Assembly: GCA_043228905.1 (NCBI GenBank)
Contig: JBHGNT010000003.1
Span: forward strand, 11,904,001 to 11,968,000
Direction: 5' to 3'
Length of the DNA: 64,000 nt
DNA from: Azolla caroliniana
Lineage: Eukaryota > Plantae > Polypodiophyta
Position 1 is the first letter of the stretch; each line of letters starts with the position of its first letter. The notes under the pieces were generated by a model, which was not told the origin of the DNA, did no database searches, and saw nothing but the letters and a program-made list of their open reading frames with translations. Positions 38,567 to 50,630 of this stretch are shown here, piece by piece. The position numbers were made by a program, and so were the translations under genes.

Positions 38567-40102
38567 CTCTTCAAATTCGGGATGGCCGACTGTCGGTCAG
38601 TCTTGACTCCTCTTGATAGAACCGTCAAGCTTCGCCCCGATTCGGGAACGGTATGCGACCCGACGAGGTTCCGACAAAAAGTCGGAAACCTTATATACTT
38701 GATCATCACCCGACTCGATCTCAGCTACCCCATCGGGGCGATTAGTCAATTCATGGCGCAACCTATCGAGGAGCACCTTCAGTGTGCGCAATGCGTACTG
38801 CAATACGTAAGCGGCACTAAGGACCAGGGGCTACTATATCGGGCCGATACTTCCGCGCAGTTTGTCGGTTACACCGATGCTGATTGGGTCAGAAACGCCG
38901 ACGATCGCCGATCCACGTCCGGTTTTGCGTTCTCTCTTGGGAGTGTCGCGATTGCGTGGAGTAGCAAGAAGCAGCCGATAGTTGCGTTGTCGAGCACCGA
39001 AGCCGAGTATAGAGGAGTGGTTTTCGCGACATGCGAAGCCATATGGTTGAAACGACTACTTAAGGATCTGCAGGTGGAGGTATCTGATCCACCGATAATC
39101 TACTGCGACAACCTCAGCAGCATCCAGCTTGCAAAGAACCTCGTCTTCCATGCCCGGACTAAGCACATTGAGGTGCACTACCATTTTGTCTGTGAGCTTG
39201 TCCTCTCCGGTGAAGTCGAACTTCATTATGTCCCGACGGATCCGCAGACCGCCGACATCTTCACTAAGCCTCTTGGTCTGGACAAATTGCGGCAATTCTC
39301 GGGTGTGCTTGGGTTGCGTCACCAAAACATGCCGAACTCGAGGGGGAGAGAAAACGTCTCGAATGGCCACGGAAGCGGGAGAGAAGTTCCAGAAGACCAT
39401 GACGCCGAGTCGGATGATGAATCCGATTTCGGATCGGCTGAAGAAGCGAAGGGCGGATCTGAGGAATAGTCTGAAAGCGGACATAAGGGGAGGAGTCCAA
39501 AGGAAGAGCCAAAGCCAACCAAGTGAGGGCGAGACGAAGCCATCAAGGAGAAGAAGACTGAAGAAAAGTTGGAGACAGCCAACTCGGACAAGAGTGAAAA
39601 CCGATCGGAGAAATCCAAGTCGGTTCGGACGTTTGATTCGGATACACTGAATCAACCAAGGGCCAAGTGGAAGAGAAGGCAGCAGAAGAGCCGCCAACAC
39701 CGCAACAACAAGCTGAGAAGGGCCGTGTGAGTAGACAAGCCGACCGGAAGGGTCGAGGCGCGCGGAATCGAACAGGTTGAGGAGCGCGAGCAAGGCGTGA
39801 AGGCAGAAGGAACCGGAGCGTAGATCCGGAAGAGCGGAAGGAACCTCAAGTTGAGCTTGAGGGGGACTGTTGAGATACAAGCTCAACATTGGCCGGATCG
39901 GTTGTGCATGCCGAGAACCTGCTTGGTTGGGACCAATCGGTTAGGCCAAACCGTTGCGTAAAACAGATACATAAACCATTACGCAAACCGGTGTGTAACT
40001 GTCAGGAACAGTACTAAAACAGAGAAGGAATTAGTACTAAAAGAAGTATTAGTACTAAGAGAGGTATAGAACTCTCGAGAGAAGGAAAGAGTGAGTGAGA
40101 GG

Positions 40103-40162
<60 letters not shown>

Positions 40163-40385
40163 TGATAAGAAAAGATATATATTATGTGAGGAAAATGTAC
40201 AATAGCTAGGAGGCTTAAGACTGGCGTTGAACCGATTTGGTTCGAAATAATGCCTTCTGCCTCCTTTTATAGTGCTCTAAGGAATACTCCTGAAGTTTCT
40301 AGAATGTTCCAGAGAGATCTGGAATATACATCAATTTTCTATAATAAAACATAAATGAAAATAATATTCTACGTATTACAATGTA

Positions 40386-40443
40386 TAGTCTAATGGTCAA
40401 GAGCTCGACCCATGTAGCATAAGGTCATGGGTTCGAGTCTTGC
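40386..40443 (+). promoter_or_regulatory. tRNA-derived Pol III internal promoter-like module in J's LTR (second copy ~45623-45680)
   Basis: A box TAGTCTAATGG, variable-loop AGGTC and B box GGTTCGAGTC at canonical tRNA spacing. Activity not shown. Confidence 0.6.
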
Positions 40444-40447
40444 CATA

Positions 40448-43400
40448 TCATGACACTATCCCCCCTTTAAAACGACGAGTGTAACGAGTCGTTTTGGATT
40501 GAGGACCCGGTTTGTCTGGATATTGACGATGGAAGTCTTCAAGAAGAGCATGAGCATTGGTGACATTCTCTATCGGTTCCCAAGTACGATAGTTGGGACT
40601 ATATCCTAGCCAATCGACTAGATAGTAGAGCTTGTTGCGAACAAGCTTGGAATCAAGGATGGCGGCAACCTCGTACTCAGGTCCATCTTCAAGCTCGATC
40701 GGGGGTGGAGGCTGTGTAATACGTCCTGGGATGGTGCTCTCTTGATAGGGTTCGAGGAGAGAACTATGAAACACCGGATGTATCCGAAGTTGTGGAGGTA
40801 GATCAAGACGAAAAGCGACATCATTAATCTTTCCTATAATACGGAAAGGACCTAATCGCCGATAATCCAACTTTTCGCATGGGCGAGTGATCTTGATGTG
40901 TCGTCGGAGTAGCCATACCCGATCTCCAATGTTAAAACTAGATGGGAGTCGATGACGATCCGCATAAACCTTGTGTGTTTGTTGAGCTTGTTGGAGATGA
41001 GTAGATACATCCGCTTGTATCTTGCGTAACCTCTCCAAATGATCTTCTGCGCAAGGATTTGTAGACACCTCTGGGGTTTCAAGTACACACCACCGGGGGT
41101 GACATCCCGTATAAGCATAAAATGGCGTAACTTTAGTGGATGTGTGGATAGAGTTGTTATAGGCAAATTCGGCGAAGTGGAGAATATCTGCCTAGTCATC
41201 CTGATGATAGCTGAGAAAGCACCGCAGATACTGCTCCAACGTTTGATTGGTTCTTTCGGCTTGGCCATCGGTTTGGGGGTGGTAGCCGGAGGAGAGGTTA
41301 CAAGTGACCTTGAGCATGTTAAAAAGGTGCTTCCAGAATTTTGACACGAACTGGGGTCCACGGTCGCTGATGATACTATCGGGAAGTCCATGATGCCGAC
41401 ATACTTCACGCATGACAATTTCGGTAGTGTCTTCACTAGAGATCTCCTTAGTACATGGCAAGAAATGAGCCATCTTCGTATATCGATCGACCACCGTTAG
41501 AATCGCATTGAACCCTTTAGAGACTAGAAGATCTGTGATGAAGTCTAGAGCAATGGATTGCCACGGCTTGCTTGGAATTGGTAATGGTTCTAATAAACCA
41601 TATGGATGATGCCTTGGCATTTTCGCTGTACAGCATGTATCACAAGTCCGAACAAAATCCTCGACAAATTGTCGCATACAGGGCCACCAGAATGATCGTT
41701 GTACTAAATGTAATGTTTTAGTACTACCAAAATGCCCAGATGTATATGTGTCATGACAGTTTTGTACTACTTGAAGGTGGCAAGAACCATTAGGAACATA
41801 CAAAAGTTCTTTAAAGAAGAGTAATCCATCATGGTATTTGAATTGCCGATAGTCCGTACCTGGTGGTTGCGACTGTGAACACGACGCCCGAGAGGGATCA
41901 ATTTGTGCTAGTATAGCTTGGGCGAACGCGTCTGTCTTCAAGTCTTCGTGTATGGTATCGATAACGCGGGAATCCATGGGCATGTCAAAGATCTGTGTTG
42001 CTTGTAGTCGTGCCGGTCCCAAGATGACTTGTTTTTGGTTATCGAAAGTTGGCTCGCCGGGACGGGGTGCTAGATACGAACGCCGTGATAATGCATCTGC
42101 CTTCCCTTGGTGCTTCCCCGGACGATATGTAATTTTGAAGTCGAAACGCATGAGGAAGTGGGCCCACCGAGCTTGACGTCGATTCAACACATGAGCATCC
42201 TGAAAGTAGGCAAGGTTCTTGTGGTCACTAAATACAGTGACCGGATGAGAGGATCCCTCCAGAAAATGCCTCCATTGCATAAAAGAATCCACTATTGCAA
42301 ATAGCTCCTTATCAAGAATTTCGTAGTTGATTTCGGCGGCGTCAAACTTGCGTGAGTGAAAAGCCACAGGATGTAGCTTCTCATCATTCCCCTGTTGTGA
42401 CAAAATGCTCCCCAATGCAAAATCCGATGCGTCAGGTTTGATAATGAATGGTTTTTCTAGATCGACATGAGCTAGAATTGGAGCCGATGTAAATGCCTTT
42501 TTAAGACTCTCAAAAGCCATGTCCGTTTCTTCAGACCAGATGAACGGTTATCCCTTCCTGGTAAGTTGTGTGAGAGGTAAAATGATCTTTGAGTAATCTT
42601 GTATGAACTTCCGGTAAAAATTGGCAAAGCCTAGGAAGCATTGCACATCCCGCACCGAACGCGAAGTCTGCCATTCTACCACCGTTTTGACCTTAGCTGG
42701 CTGGGTCCATGGAGATGCCTTCTGACGAAATGATGTACCCAAGAAATTCCACTTGGTTGCACCCGAAACTACATTTTTCCAGCTTTGCATACAGACCATG
42801 TTCTCGAAGTCGTTTTAGTACTAATAGTACATGAGAATCATGTTCTTCTTGGGTCTTTGAATAAACCAGTAGATCATCCAAATAGATGATCAAACAATCA
42901 TCCAATAGATCTCGGAATATATCATTAGCCATGTGCTGGAAGACTGTCGGCGCATTAGTGAGGCCGAACGGCATGACCGTATACTCGAAGTGCCCATATC
43001 TGGTGCGAAACGCGGTCTTCCATTCGTCTCCTGGTCAGATCCGTACGAGGTTATATGCTCCCCGTAAGTCGATCTTCGTGAAGAACCTGGCACCATTGAT
43101 CCGTTCTAAAAGACTTGAGATAAGGGGAAGAGCATACCTATTCCTGATTGTAACCTTATTCAAGCCACGGTAATCTACAACGAGACAAAGCGATCCATCC
43201 TTTTTCTTGACGAAGAAAATGGGCGCGCCAGCTGGAGATTTCGAATGCCGAATGAAACCATTTTCCAAATTCTCCTCTATATAGGCCCGAAGGACTTCCA
43301 GCTCGGTTGGTGACAAATTGTAGATCGGTCCCCATGGAGGCTCTTTTCCTGGTTGTAGATCGATGGGGCAATCGTACGGTTGATGATGAGGAAGTGTGTT

Positions 43401-45187
43401 GGCTTGTACTTTATCGAACACATCGACGTAATGACGATACTTCTCGAGAAGTTGAATGGTGGATTCTTCTTTAGTGGTGCTGGAGGGGTTTACTGATATT
43501 GCAAAGAGGAACATTTCTTCCTTGCGCCCTTCTTTACGCAACTGACATAGCGAAATGGTTGCCATCTTCTGAGTTGACCCTTGGGTTTGTCGACACCGGA
43601 TTTCTCTTGTTCTCCAATCTATGTCTGGGTTATGGAACTCGAACCACGGTAATCCTAAAACTATGGGATGTTCTGGGATACTAATAATATTAAATGATAC
43701 TACACATGCTAAGTTATCTAGGACAATATTAATGGGCTCTGACTCTTCTATGATATTTCCGGAAGCAATGGGACGTCCATCAATGACTACTACAGAGGCT
43801 GGATACTGGAGTTTTCTTAGGGATATCTTATGAGCTTGAGCAAATTTCTTATCCATAAAGCAAGAGTTAGCTCCAGAATCTAGGAGTGCTAGGACATGTA
43901 CTGGAGGGGTACTTTTAGTACTAACTATTACTTGGGCTACGAACACATCACTAATTTTCTTAGAGGGAATGGAACCACTAATGGGCTGCACAGATCTAGG
44001 GCTATCCAACCAAACGGCTCCTATTTTGGCTGGACTTAGTCGTTTAACTCTTCTTCTAACTGACTAAGGACATCAAATCTGTTCGCTAGATCTGGGCTAT
44101 TAGTACTATTAGGACTATTAGATCTCCCTACTGAAATAGGCTCGGGTTTAGTACAATTAGAACTAGCGACTATTTGGTTTACCTATCTTCTTGGCCTATG
44201 GGGGCAATTTATTGCAATATGTCCTGATCCACTGCTGTAAAGACATAATCGATTTGTACAGCATCGCTGCTTTTCTTCTTTGGATAATGGCCCTCGACGA
44301 CGTGTAGTGTCAATCTCCATCGGAGTCGGAGTATTCGCTGGCGGCGCATTATATGACTCCCTCGGAAAAGGTCTTGATACCACTCAAGCGTAGGTGGGCT
44401 CTGATCTTGCCCTCGGCAGTTGTAGCTGTCGTTCCAAACGTCGCTCAAAGAGGCGGTTGTCACATCTCACCGCACGACTGATTGCTTCTGTTAAGGACTT
44501 TGGCTCTTCGGGGAAGGTCAAGAGTAAATCCTTGACGTCGTTGCGTAAACCATAACGGAATTGCTCCATCAACGCTTGATCATCCCAAGGGATATCGGTG
44601 GCGAGTAGGCGAAAATCTGTAGCGTATGTAGAGGCTGGACGGTCACCTTGGCGTAATCGCCGAATTTTGTTGATTGTGGTCCTGATGCTGTCAGTATCTC
44701 CGAAACATGCTTTAAACTCACCTAGAAACTCTTCAAAATTGTTGAGTAACAGAGATTCCTTTTCTAATAGTGGAGCGAACCATGCCAACGCTGAGCCACT
44801 TAACAAAGTGCCTACTAAACCCACTCGTGATGCCTCGGTGGGATATCGGGAAGGATGCATTTGAATAACTAATCGTACCTGGTTAAGGAACCCTCTAAAC
44901 TACGATCGTGTTCCATCGAACTTTGTGGGAAGGCCAATCTTGGGTTCTTTATGAATCCCTTGTGTTCCGGGCCCTTGTTGTTGCATCGCTACGATGGTGG
45001 CTTCGAGTTGTTGCACGCGTAACACAAATTCCCCATGTTGTTGTTACGTTTGCTGCTTTTCTAAGGAGATTTGCTGAAGATCCCCCAACAACCGTTGGTT
45101 TTCTTGTTCCAAAGCATGGAACTTCTCTTTCAAGCATTGAAATTCCGAAAAAACAGATTGATATTCTTCAGCGCTAACAATGGCCAT
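40448..45187 (-). pseudogene. Element J gag (~45187-44040) and pol (~44009-40448), with stops and frameshifts
   Basis: ORFs 44384-44860, 44183-44383, 43035-44009, 42693-42974, 41192-42520 and 40448-41068 follow gypsy domain order. Confidence 0.9.
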
Positions 45188-46016
45188 GGGATGAAAGAAA
45201 AGAGGAATAAGAGATTAGTAGGAAATGAGAGAGACAGAAGGTAGGAAAATCGGTTCAAACTGTCAAGAACAGTACTAAGACAGAGAAGGAATTAGTACTA
45301 AAAGAAGTATTAGTACTAAGAGAGGTGAAGAACTCTCGAGAGAAGGAAAGAGTGAGTGAGAGGGAGGGAGAGAGAGATCGAGAGAGAGAGAGAGAGTGAT
45401 GATAAGAAAAGATATATATTATGTGAGGAAAATGTACAGTAGCTAGGAGGCTTAAGACTGGCGTTGAACCGATTTGGTTCCAAATAATGCCTTGTGCCTC
45501 CTTTTATAGTGCTCTAAGGAATACTCCTGAAGTTTCTAGAATGTTCCAGAGAAATCTGGAATATACATCAATTTTCTATAATAAAACATAAATGAAAATA
45601 ATATTCTATGTATTACAATGTATAGTCTAATGGTCAAGAATTCGACCCATGTAGCATAAGGTCATGGGTTCGAGTCTTGCCATATCATGACAGTAACGAG
45701 AGGTCGTATCAGTGCGTAAACCGAAAGGCCGTTAGAGAGATATTCCTCGTAAGGAATAATTTTGGGAGTGAGTGTCGAGGCTCATTTATGAGCAGTCAAG
45801 TATTGTCAATACTTGTGTCAACCTGATTGATAGGGCTTGTATAAAAGGTGCTCACTGAGCACGGTGTATTTACAGATTGAGTATTATTTTGAATTGAGTT
45901 TTCCTATGTGCTCTCTCTCTGTCTCTCCCGTGTACTGTGTATACCCTAAGCTCTCCATTAAACCTGCGTATTTTCTGTGTTCGGTTTTCTATTGCTTCCG
46001 CACGTATTCTTTTACA

Positions 46017-47652
46017 GCAAGCCCGAAACGCTCCCTTGTCACAAGATACACAAATAAATAAGCACAAATGATAATAACATATAAGATACGTTGTCGTGCC
46101 TTTCGGCTCCGGATCGTTGCGTGAGTCGGGTGGGAACCGCCGAGGTTTTGGACTAGGAGGAAGGAAAATATGAGATGAGGCTAGTAATGAATAGATTATT
46201 AGAAAGAGAAGTAAGATAGCAATCTCGTGAATCCCACGAGTTTAGTATATTTAGTCAAAATTTAGGTAGTAAGAGAGAATTATTTTCGCAAATTCGTGAA
46301 TCCCACGAATATTTTAGATTGATTGATCATTATAGAAAAATAATCAACAAAAACTACAATGTGCTCCCCATCCTTATATAGTGATGGGAGAGACTAAGCA
46401 TAGCTACATGCTTTTTCTAATATGTTCATGCACACTAAATGTGCATGTGATGCTTTTCTAATCCTTGCTTTTATTTGCTAAATATAGTGCTCATGCACGC
46501 TAGATGTGCATGAGTCACTTTTTAGTTGCTTGCGTTTTTCTATTCACGCACTCTAAAAATGCATGATTTACCTTTTAATAAAGGTAGGCGTAAATAAAGA
46601 ACTTATAGTTATTAATCTATTTATAGAACACTAAAGATAAGGTAGTATAATGGTAAAGTTGAGGTTTGGCTACGTGAAGGTACAGGGTTTGAATCCTGCC
46701 CTATGCACGTGATAAATATCTTGATATATTATTTTATTTATTTATATGTAATTAAATCGGTTATATTATTTTTACTTTTTCACGTAGTGTACGAAATACA
46801 CTACGACAACGTAAGTTTGAATGCCTTTGTGAAAGGAGAGGTGCATGGGCAAGCCCGAAACGCTCCCTTGGCACAAGACACACAAACAAATAAGCACAAA
46901 TGATGATAACATATAAGACACGTAGGTGAAACCAAACATTAGTTTATTACAATATAATAGATTCTTTTATAAAATAAGAATCAATTTTACAACGGGTTTG
47001 ATATGATAATGAGAGATAATTTATAAAGGAAGGGGGAAGAGAGGTGGAGGAAAGAATAGAGTGGAATATAGAAGAAGGTGAATCTTTGTTGATGATGCCT
47101 CTCAATGTTGTTGATCCTTCTTCTTTTGCCTTCCAATTGAGTAGAGCTTCGGCGTTCCTTCTCCCTCCCCCCCTTCTTCACTAGAATAGGCTCTTATTTA
47201 TACGTTTAGGATTGCTTGCCTTTTTCCCCTAAAAATAAGCTTGTCTATATGAGTCGACTTTTCTTTTCCTCACTATTTCTGTTTCCTAGCCCCAAATTTC
47301 ACATGCAAGATATTCTTAGAAATCTCTTTGGGTTAGCTTTCTTAGGCATCTTTTCTTATCTAATTGGACATATGATGAGGAAATTATGAGCTTTTTCTCA
47401 ACTATGCTCCTCATATCCACACGTGCTTTTGTTTTTTCTCTCCATCTTTTTCTCTACTTTTGTCTACTTTTGAAAACCGCCTCTTACTTAATATTCATCA
47501 TTATTTATTCTAAGGTTCAATCCTTTGACCTTTTATTTATAAGAAATTAGCTTTGGCAAAATGAAAAAGTATTTTTGCTACCAATAAAGTTGACTTCACA
47601 ATACTAGTTTATTTAAACTACTATTTTGCTTCTTTACGAGGGTGGTTGCACA
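46017..47652. mobile_element. LTR-like element P (its other end lies at 63388-63413), host of element O and of a solo LTR
   Basis: TGTG...CACA termini once the inversion is undone. The first ~110 bp are duplicated (46017-46091 vs 46849-46923). GGCTCTTATTTATA motif as in H's LTR. No matching TSD. Confidence 0.5.
46092..46808. mobile_element. Solo LTR (717 bp) with TGTCGT...ACGACA termini
   Basis: 6-bp terminal inverted repeat, ACGT on both flanks, and it interrupts the P repeat unit. Confidence 0.75.
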
Positions 47653-47685
47653 CTATGTGTTAGAAACATCATGACATCGCCATGT

Positions 47686-50630
47686 ACTCATTGTACCCAT
47701 ACCTCATGAAGGACTTCTTCTAGCGGGTTGACCGGCGTAACTTGTCATTACCCGGTTTGAGACCCTTCTTGGCCGCTCCGGACTTCATTTTTGAAGATCC
47801 ACCTTCTCCCTTTCCAGGATCACACTCGCTTCGATCTGACCCTTCACTTCCGGTATCGTATTCTGGCATCTTCTTCTTCCCATTCTCTTTGCACATGAAT
47901 CATCTCCTCGGTTCCTTGCGCGGGGAGAGCACGACAGAGTCTCCACTATTCACCGGTTCTTCACCCGAGTCGTCATCCCGACTCTACCGCTCATTCAGCC
48001 CACTTAGCCGGAATGAGATCAGACTCTCTTCTAGAGTGCCGAAGTCTTCATCTTCTACCTGGACCTCCTTGGGCTCACTAGCCTCATCTTCCGGAATCGG
48101 GTTGGAGTCGGAGGTTGGAGTCAGTAGAGAGAACCATGATGCCAACCCATCAAACTCGACATCTCGGCTTACTCAGACCTGCTTAGTCCGGGGGCTATAA
48201 CACTTATACCCCTTCTGCTCATGTGAGTAACCGACTAGGATGCACTTCTCCGATTTAGGATCCAGCTTCCTCCGCTTCTCATCCGGTACATGCACATATG
48301 CTATGCTACTGAATATCCGAAGGTGTCTCAAATTCGGCTTCCGTCCGAAATACAGCTCATGTGCTGACACCTCGTCCCCGATCCGGTTTTGGATGTAGAT
48401 AGCCATCCGGACCGCCTCAGCCCAGTAGAGTTTGGGCATGCTCTTCTCCTCCTGCATTGCCCTTGCCGCATCGACAATCGACCGGTTCTTTCTTTCGGCC
48501 ACACCGTTTTGTTCCGATGTATATCAGCAACTGACTTCTCTCCGAATGCCTTTATGTTGCAAATAACTCTTGAATTGGCCGAAAAAGTATTCTTTTTCCG
48601 CCATCCGACTGCAGGCACTTTATCTTCCTCTCCATTTCCCTTTCAACTCAGCTTTGAAGGTTTCGGAAACAGTCGAAGACTTCACTTTTCTTCTCGATGA
48701 GGTAGATCCACGTGTGCCAGCTGAAGTCGTCCATGAAGGAGACGAAATATCGACTCCCGCCAAGACTAACGTTCTATGTCGGCCCCCATACATCCGAATG
48801 GATTAGATCTAGCTTGTTACAGCTCCTGTTTTGTTCGGTGGGGAATGGAAGCTAGTGTTGCTTCCCAAGTTGGCAGACTTCACAAATTTGGGCCATCCGG
48901 CAACTGAATTTCGGCAAACCCAACACAACCTGTTTCGATTGCAAGTCCTGGAGCCTCCAATAATTGACGTGGTCGATCCGCTTGTGCTAGAGATCGATGT
49001 CTGATTCAATCTTTTGTCCTTTGGCACACATGGCGGTGCCGACATCATTAGTGTTGAGGATGAACATCCTCCCTTCTCTGCGCCCTTGCGCAATTATCCG
49101 GCCTTCTTCCTTGATGAAGCACCCAAGGTGCGTAAACTGTACCTGCATTTCCTAGTCGACTATTTTTCCGACCGATACCAGGCTCTTTGTGATAGTAGGA
49201 ATGTGTAATACATTCATCAGCTTCCCCTTTTGTCTGACATGGCTTAAGGGGACTTCTTTGACAGTCTTTGGTTTCGACAATACCCGCTTGTTCCGGTTTC
49301 TCCAAAAAAGAGAACCACTCTTCATGGCTCGTCATGTGGTTGGACGCTCTAGAATAAACATACCATACTTCCTCCGATTTGGAAGTAGTCTTCTTCATCG
49401 AGTTAGCCTTGTGCTTCATCACAAAGGTTGGCCCTTTATCAGTCTTCCCAGTTCTAGATCCTTCCGATCCTTTTGCGTAGTGCGAGCTTTGCCGGTTTCC
49501 CGACCGGCGTTGCCAGATCCGGATTTGTTCAAATCGTTGCGCTTCTTCCAACACTCGCTTTCATTGTGGCCCTTTTTGCCACAGTACTAGCATTTCGTGT
49601 CGGCTTTTCCTTGTCGGTTTTCGGTGCCGCTTTGACTCCCCCTGCTTGTGGAGGGTCCGGAATTGTTGTCGGCACTACCTCTCTGCCTTTGGTCCTACTC
49701 CTGTCGGCCGCCTCCATTGCATGCCGACCCACCGCGTCAACCACACCCACGGAGCCGATCCACCTCCATGTACAACATTCGGTTGTCCGATTGAATGGTC
49801 CTGGACACACTTACGTGGTTTTCGTCGACCATCAGCATCGATTGGAAGCCGAAGAAGGATGGTGGCTTCTCCCAGGTGAGGATAGATGTCCGTATAGGCC
49901 CGTACCTTTGCGCTAGACCTCCAAGGTAGATTTGTACCATCTCGTCTTCGTCCACCGTCACGTTGATAGACCCGAGCGCGTCACAAATCTCCTTTATCTT
50001 GGTGGTGTAGTCTGTAACTGACATGTCTCTTTGCTGGATGTTGTTCAGCTCTTGCCGGAGTAGCAACTTTCGAGTTGTGGTACTCGCAGCGAAAATATTC
50101 TGTAGATTCTCCCAAGCCTCCTTCAACGTCTTTGCATCCTTGATGTAGCCGAGCATCTGATTGTGCACACAGGAGGCAAGGCAGTACAATACTCAGCTCG
50201 CTCCTTGCTCCCATGCTAGGAAGTCCTTGTGTGCCGGCTCCGGTGCTACCTCGTTGGTTCCTTCCACATAGCTCCAATATCCATGCCCCAGCTGGTACTG
50301 GTGCATTTTATATGACCACGATGCATAGTTGCTCTGGTCGAGCTTCTCTGTCAGAAGTGAACTTGCCATACCTCTGTCCATATCTTTCTCTGTCTATCCT
50401 TACCGGGTAATAGGGTTTGTCTTCTAAAACGTCTGTCGGCTGCAGAGATTCTCAACCCTCGCACTCTTATACCATGTAAATGTCAACGTGCGGAAGCGTA
50501 TTACAAACCGGCTCTACCGGATAGCAACAGTTAGAGAGGAAAGTTTACTAGAAGCTTAACATAGAGAATATGTGCAGGAGAGACAGAGAGATGGAGAGCA
50601 GAACATAAACTCTATTCAAAAAGTAATAAC
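47686..50630 (-). mobile_element. Element K: remainder of 5' LTR (50475-50630), PBS, gag, protease and integrase; truncated before RT
   Basis: PBS variant GCACTCTTATACCA at 50461-50474. gag MDRGMASSLLTEKLD; EVWYVYSRASNHM; IN ORFs at 48173-49090. Confidence 0.85.

Larger units (their letters stand above)
40000..45692 (-). mobile_element. Element J: full-length Tcn1/Tf1-sushi-like chromovirus, TSD GTAAC, no tRNA PBS
   Basis: LTRs 40000-40455 and 45261-45692, differing mainly in (GA)n length. GTAAC on both flanks. PPT AAAGGGGGGATAG on -. gag has PTPMEID; pol has LLDSGA, YLDD and a group I chromodomain EYEVAAILDSK...YLVDWLGY...TWEP. Confidence 0.95.
38567..46016 (+). mobile_element. Element O, 3' part: copia RT end, RNase H with extension, PPT and 3' LTR (39868-39999 + 45698-46016) split by J
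   Basis: GYTDADW, AWSSKKQ, KHIEVHYHF. PPT GAGGGGGAC before 39868. The LTR matches 35450-35893. Confidence 0.9.

Noticed and set aside
35450-46016. Apparent intact copia that captured an antisense gypsy RT
   Set aside because: Flanks do not match (AACGT vs GCAAG). It is explained as a chimera made by the inversion plus a deletion at 38566/38567.
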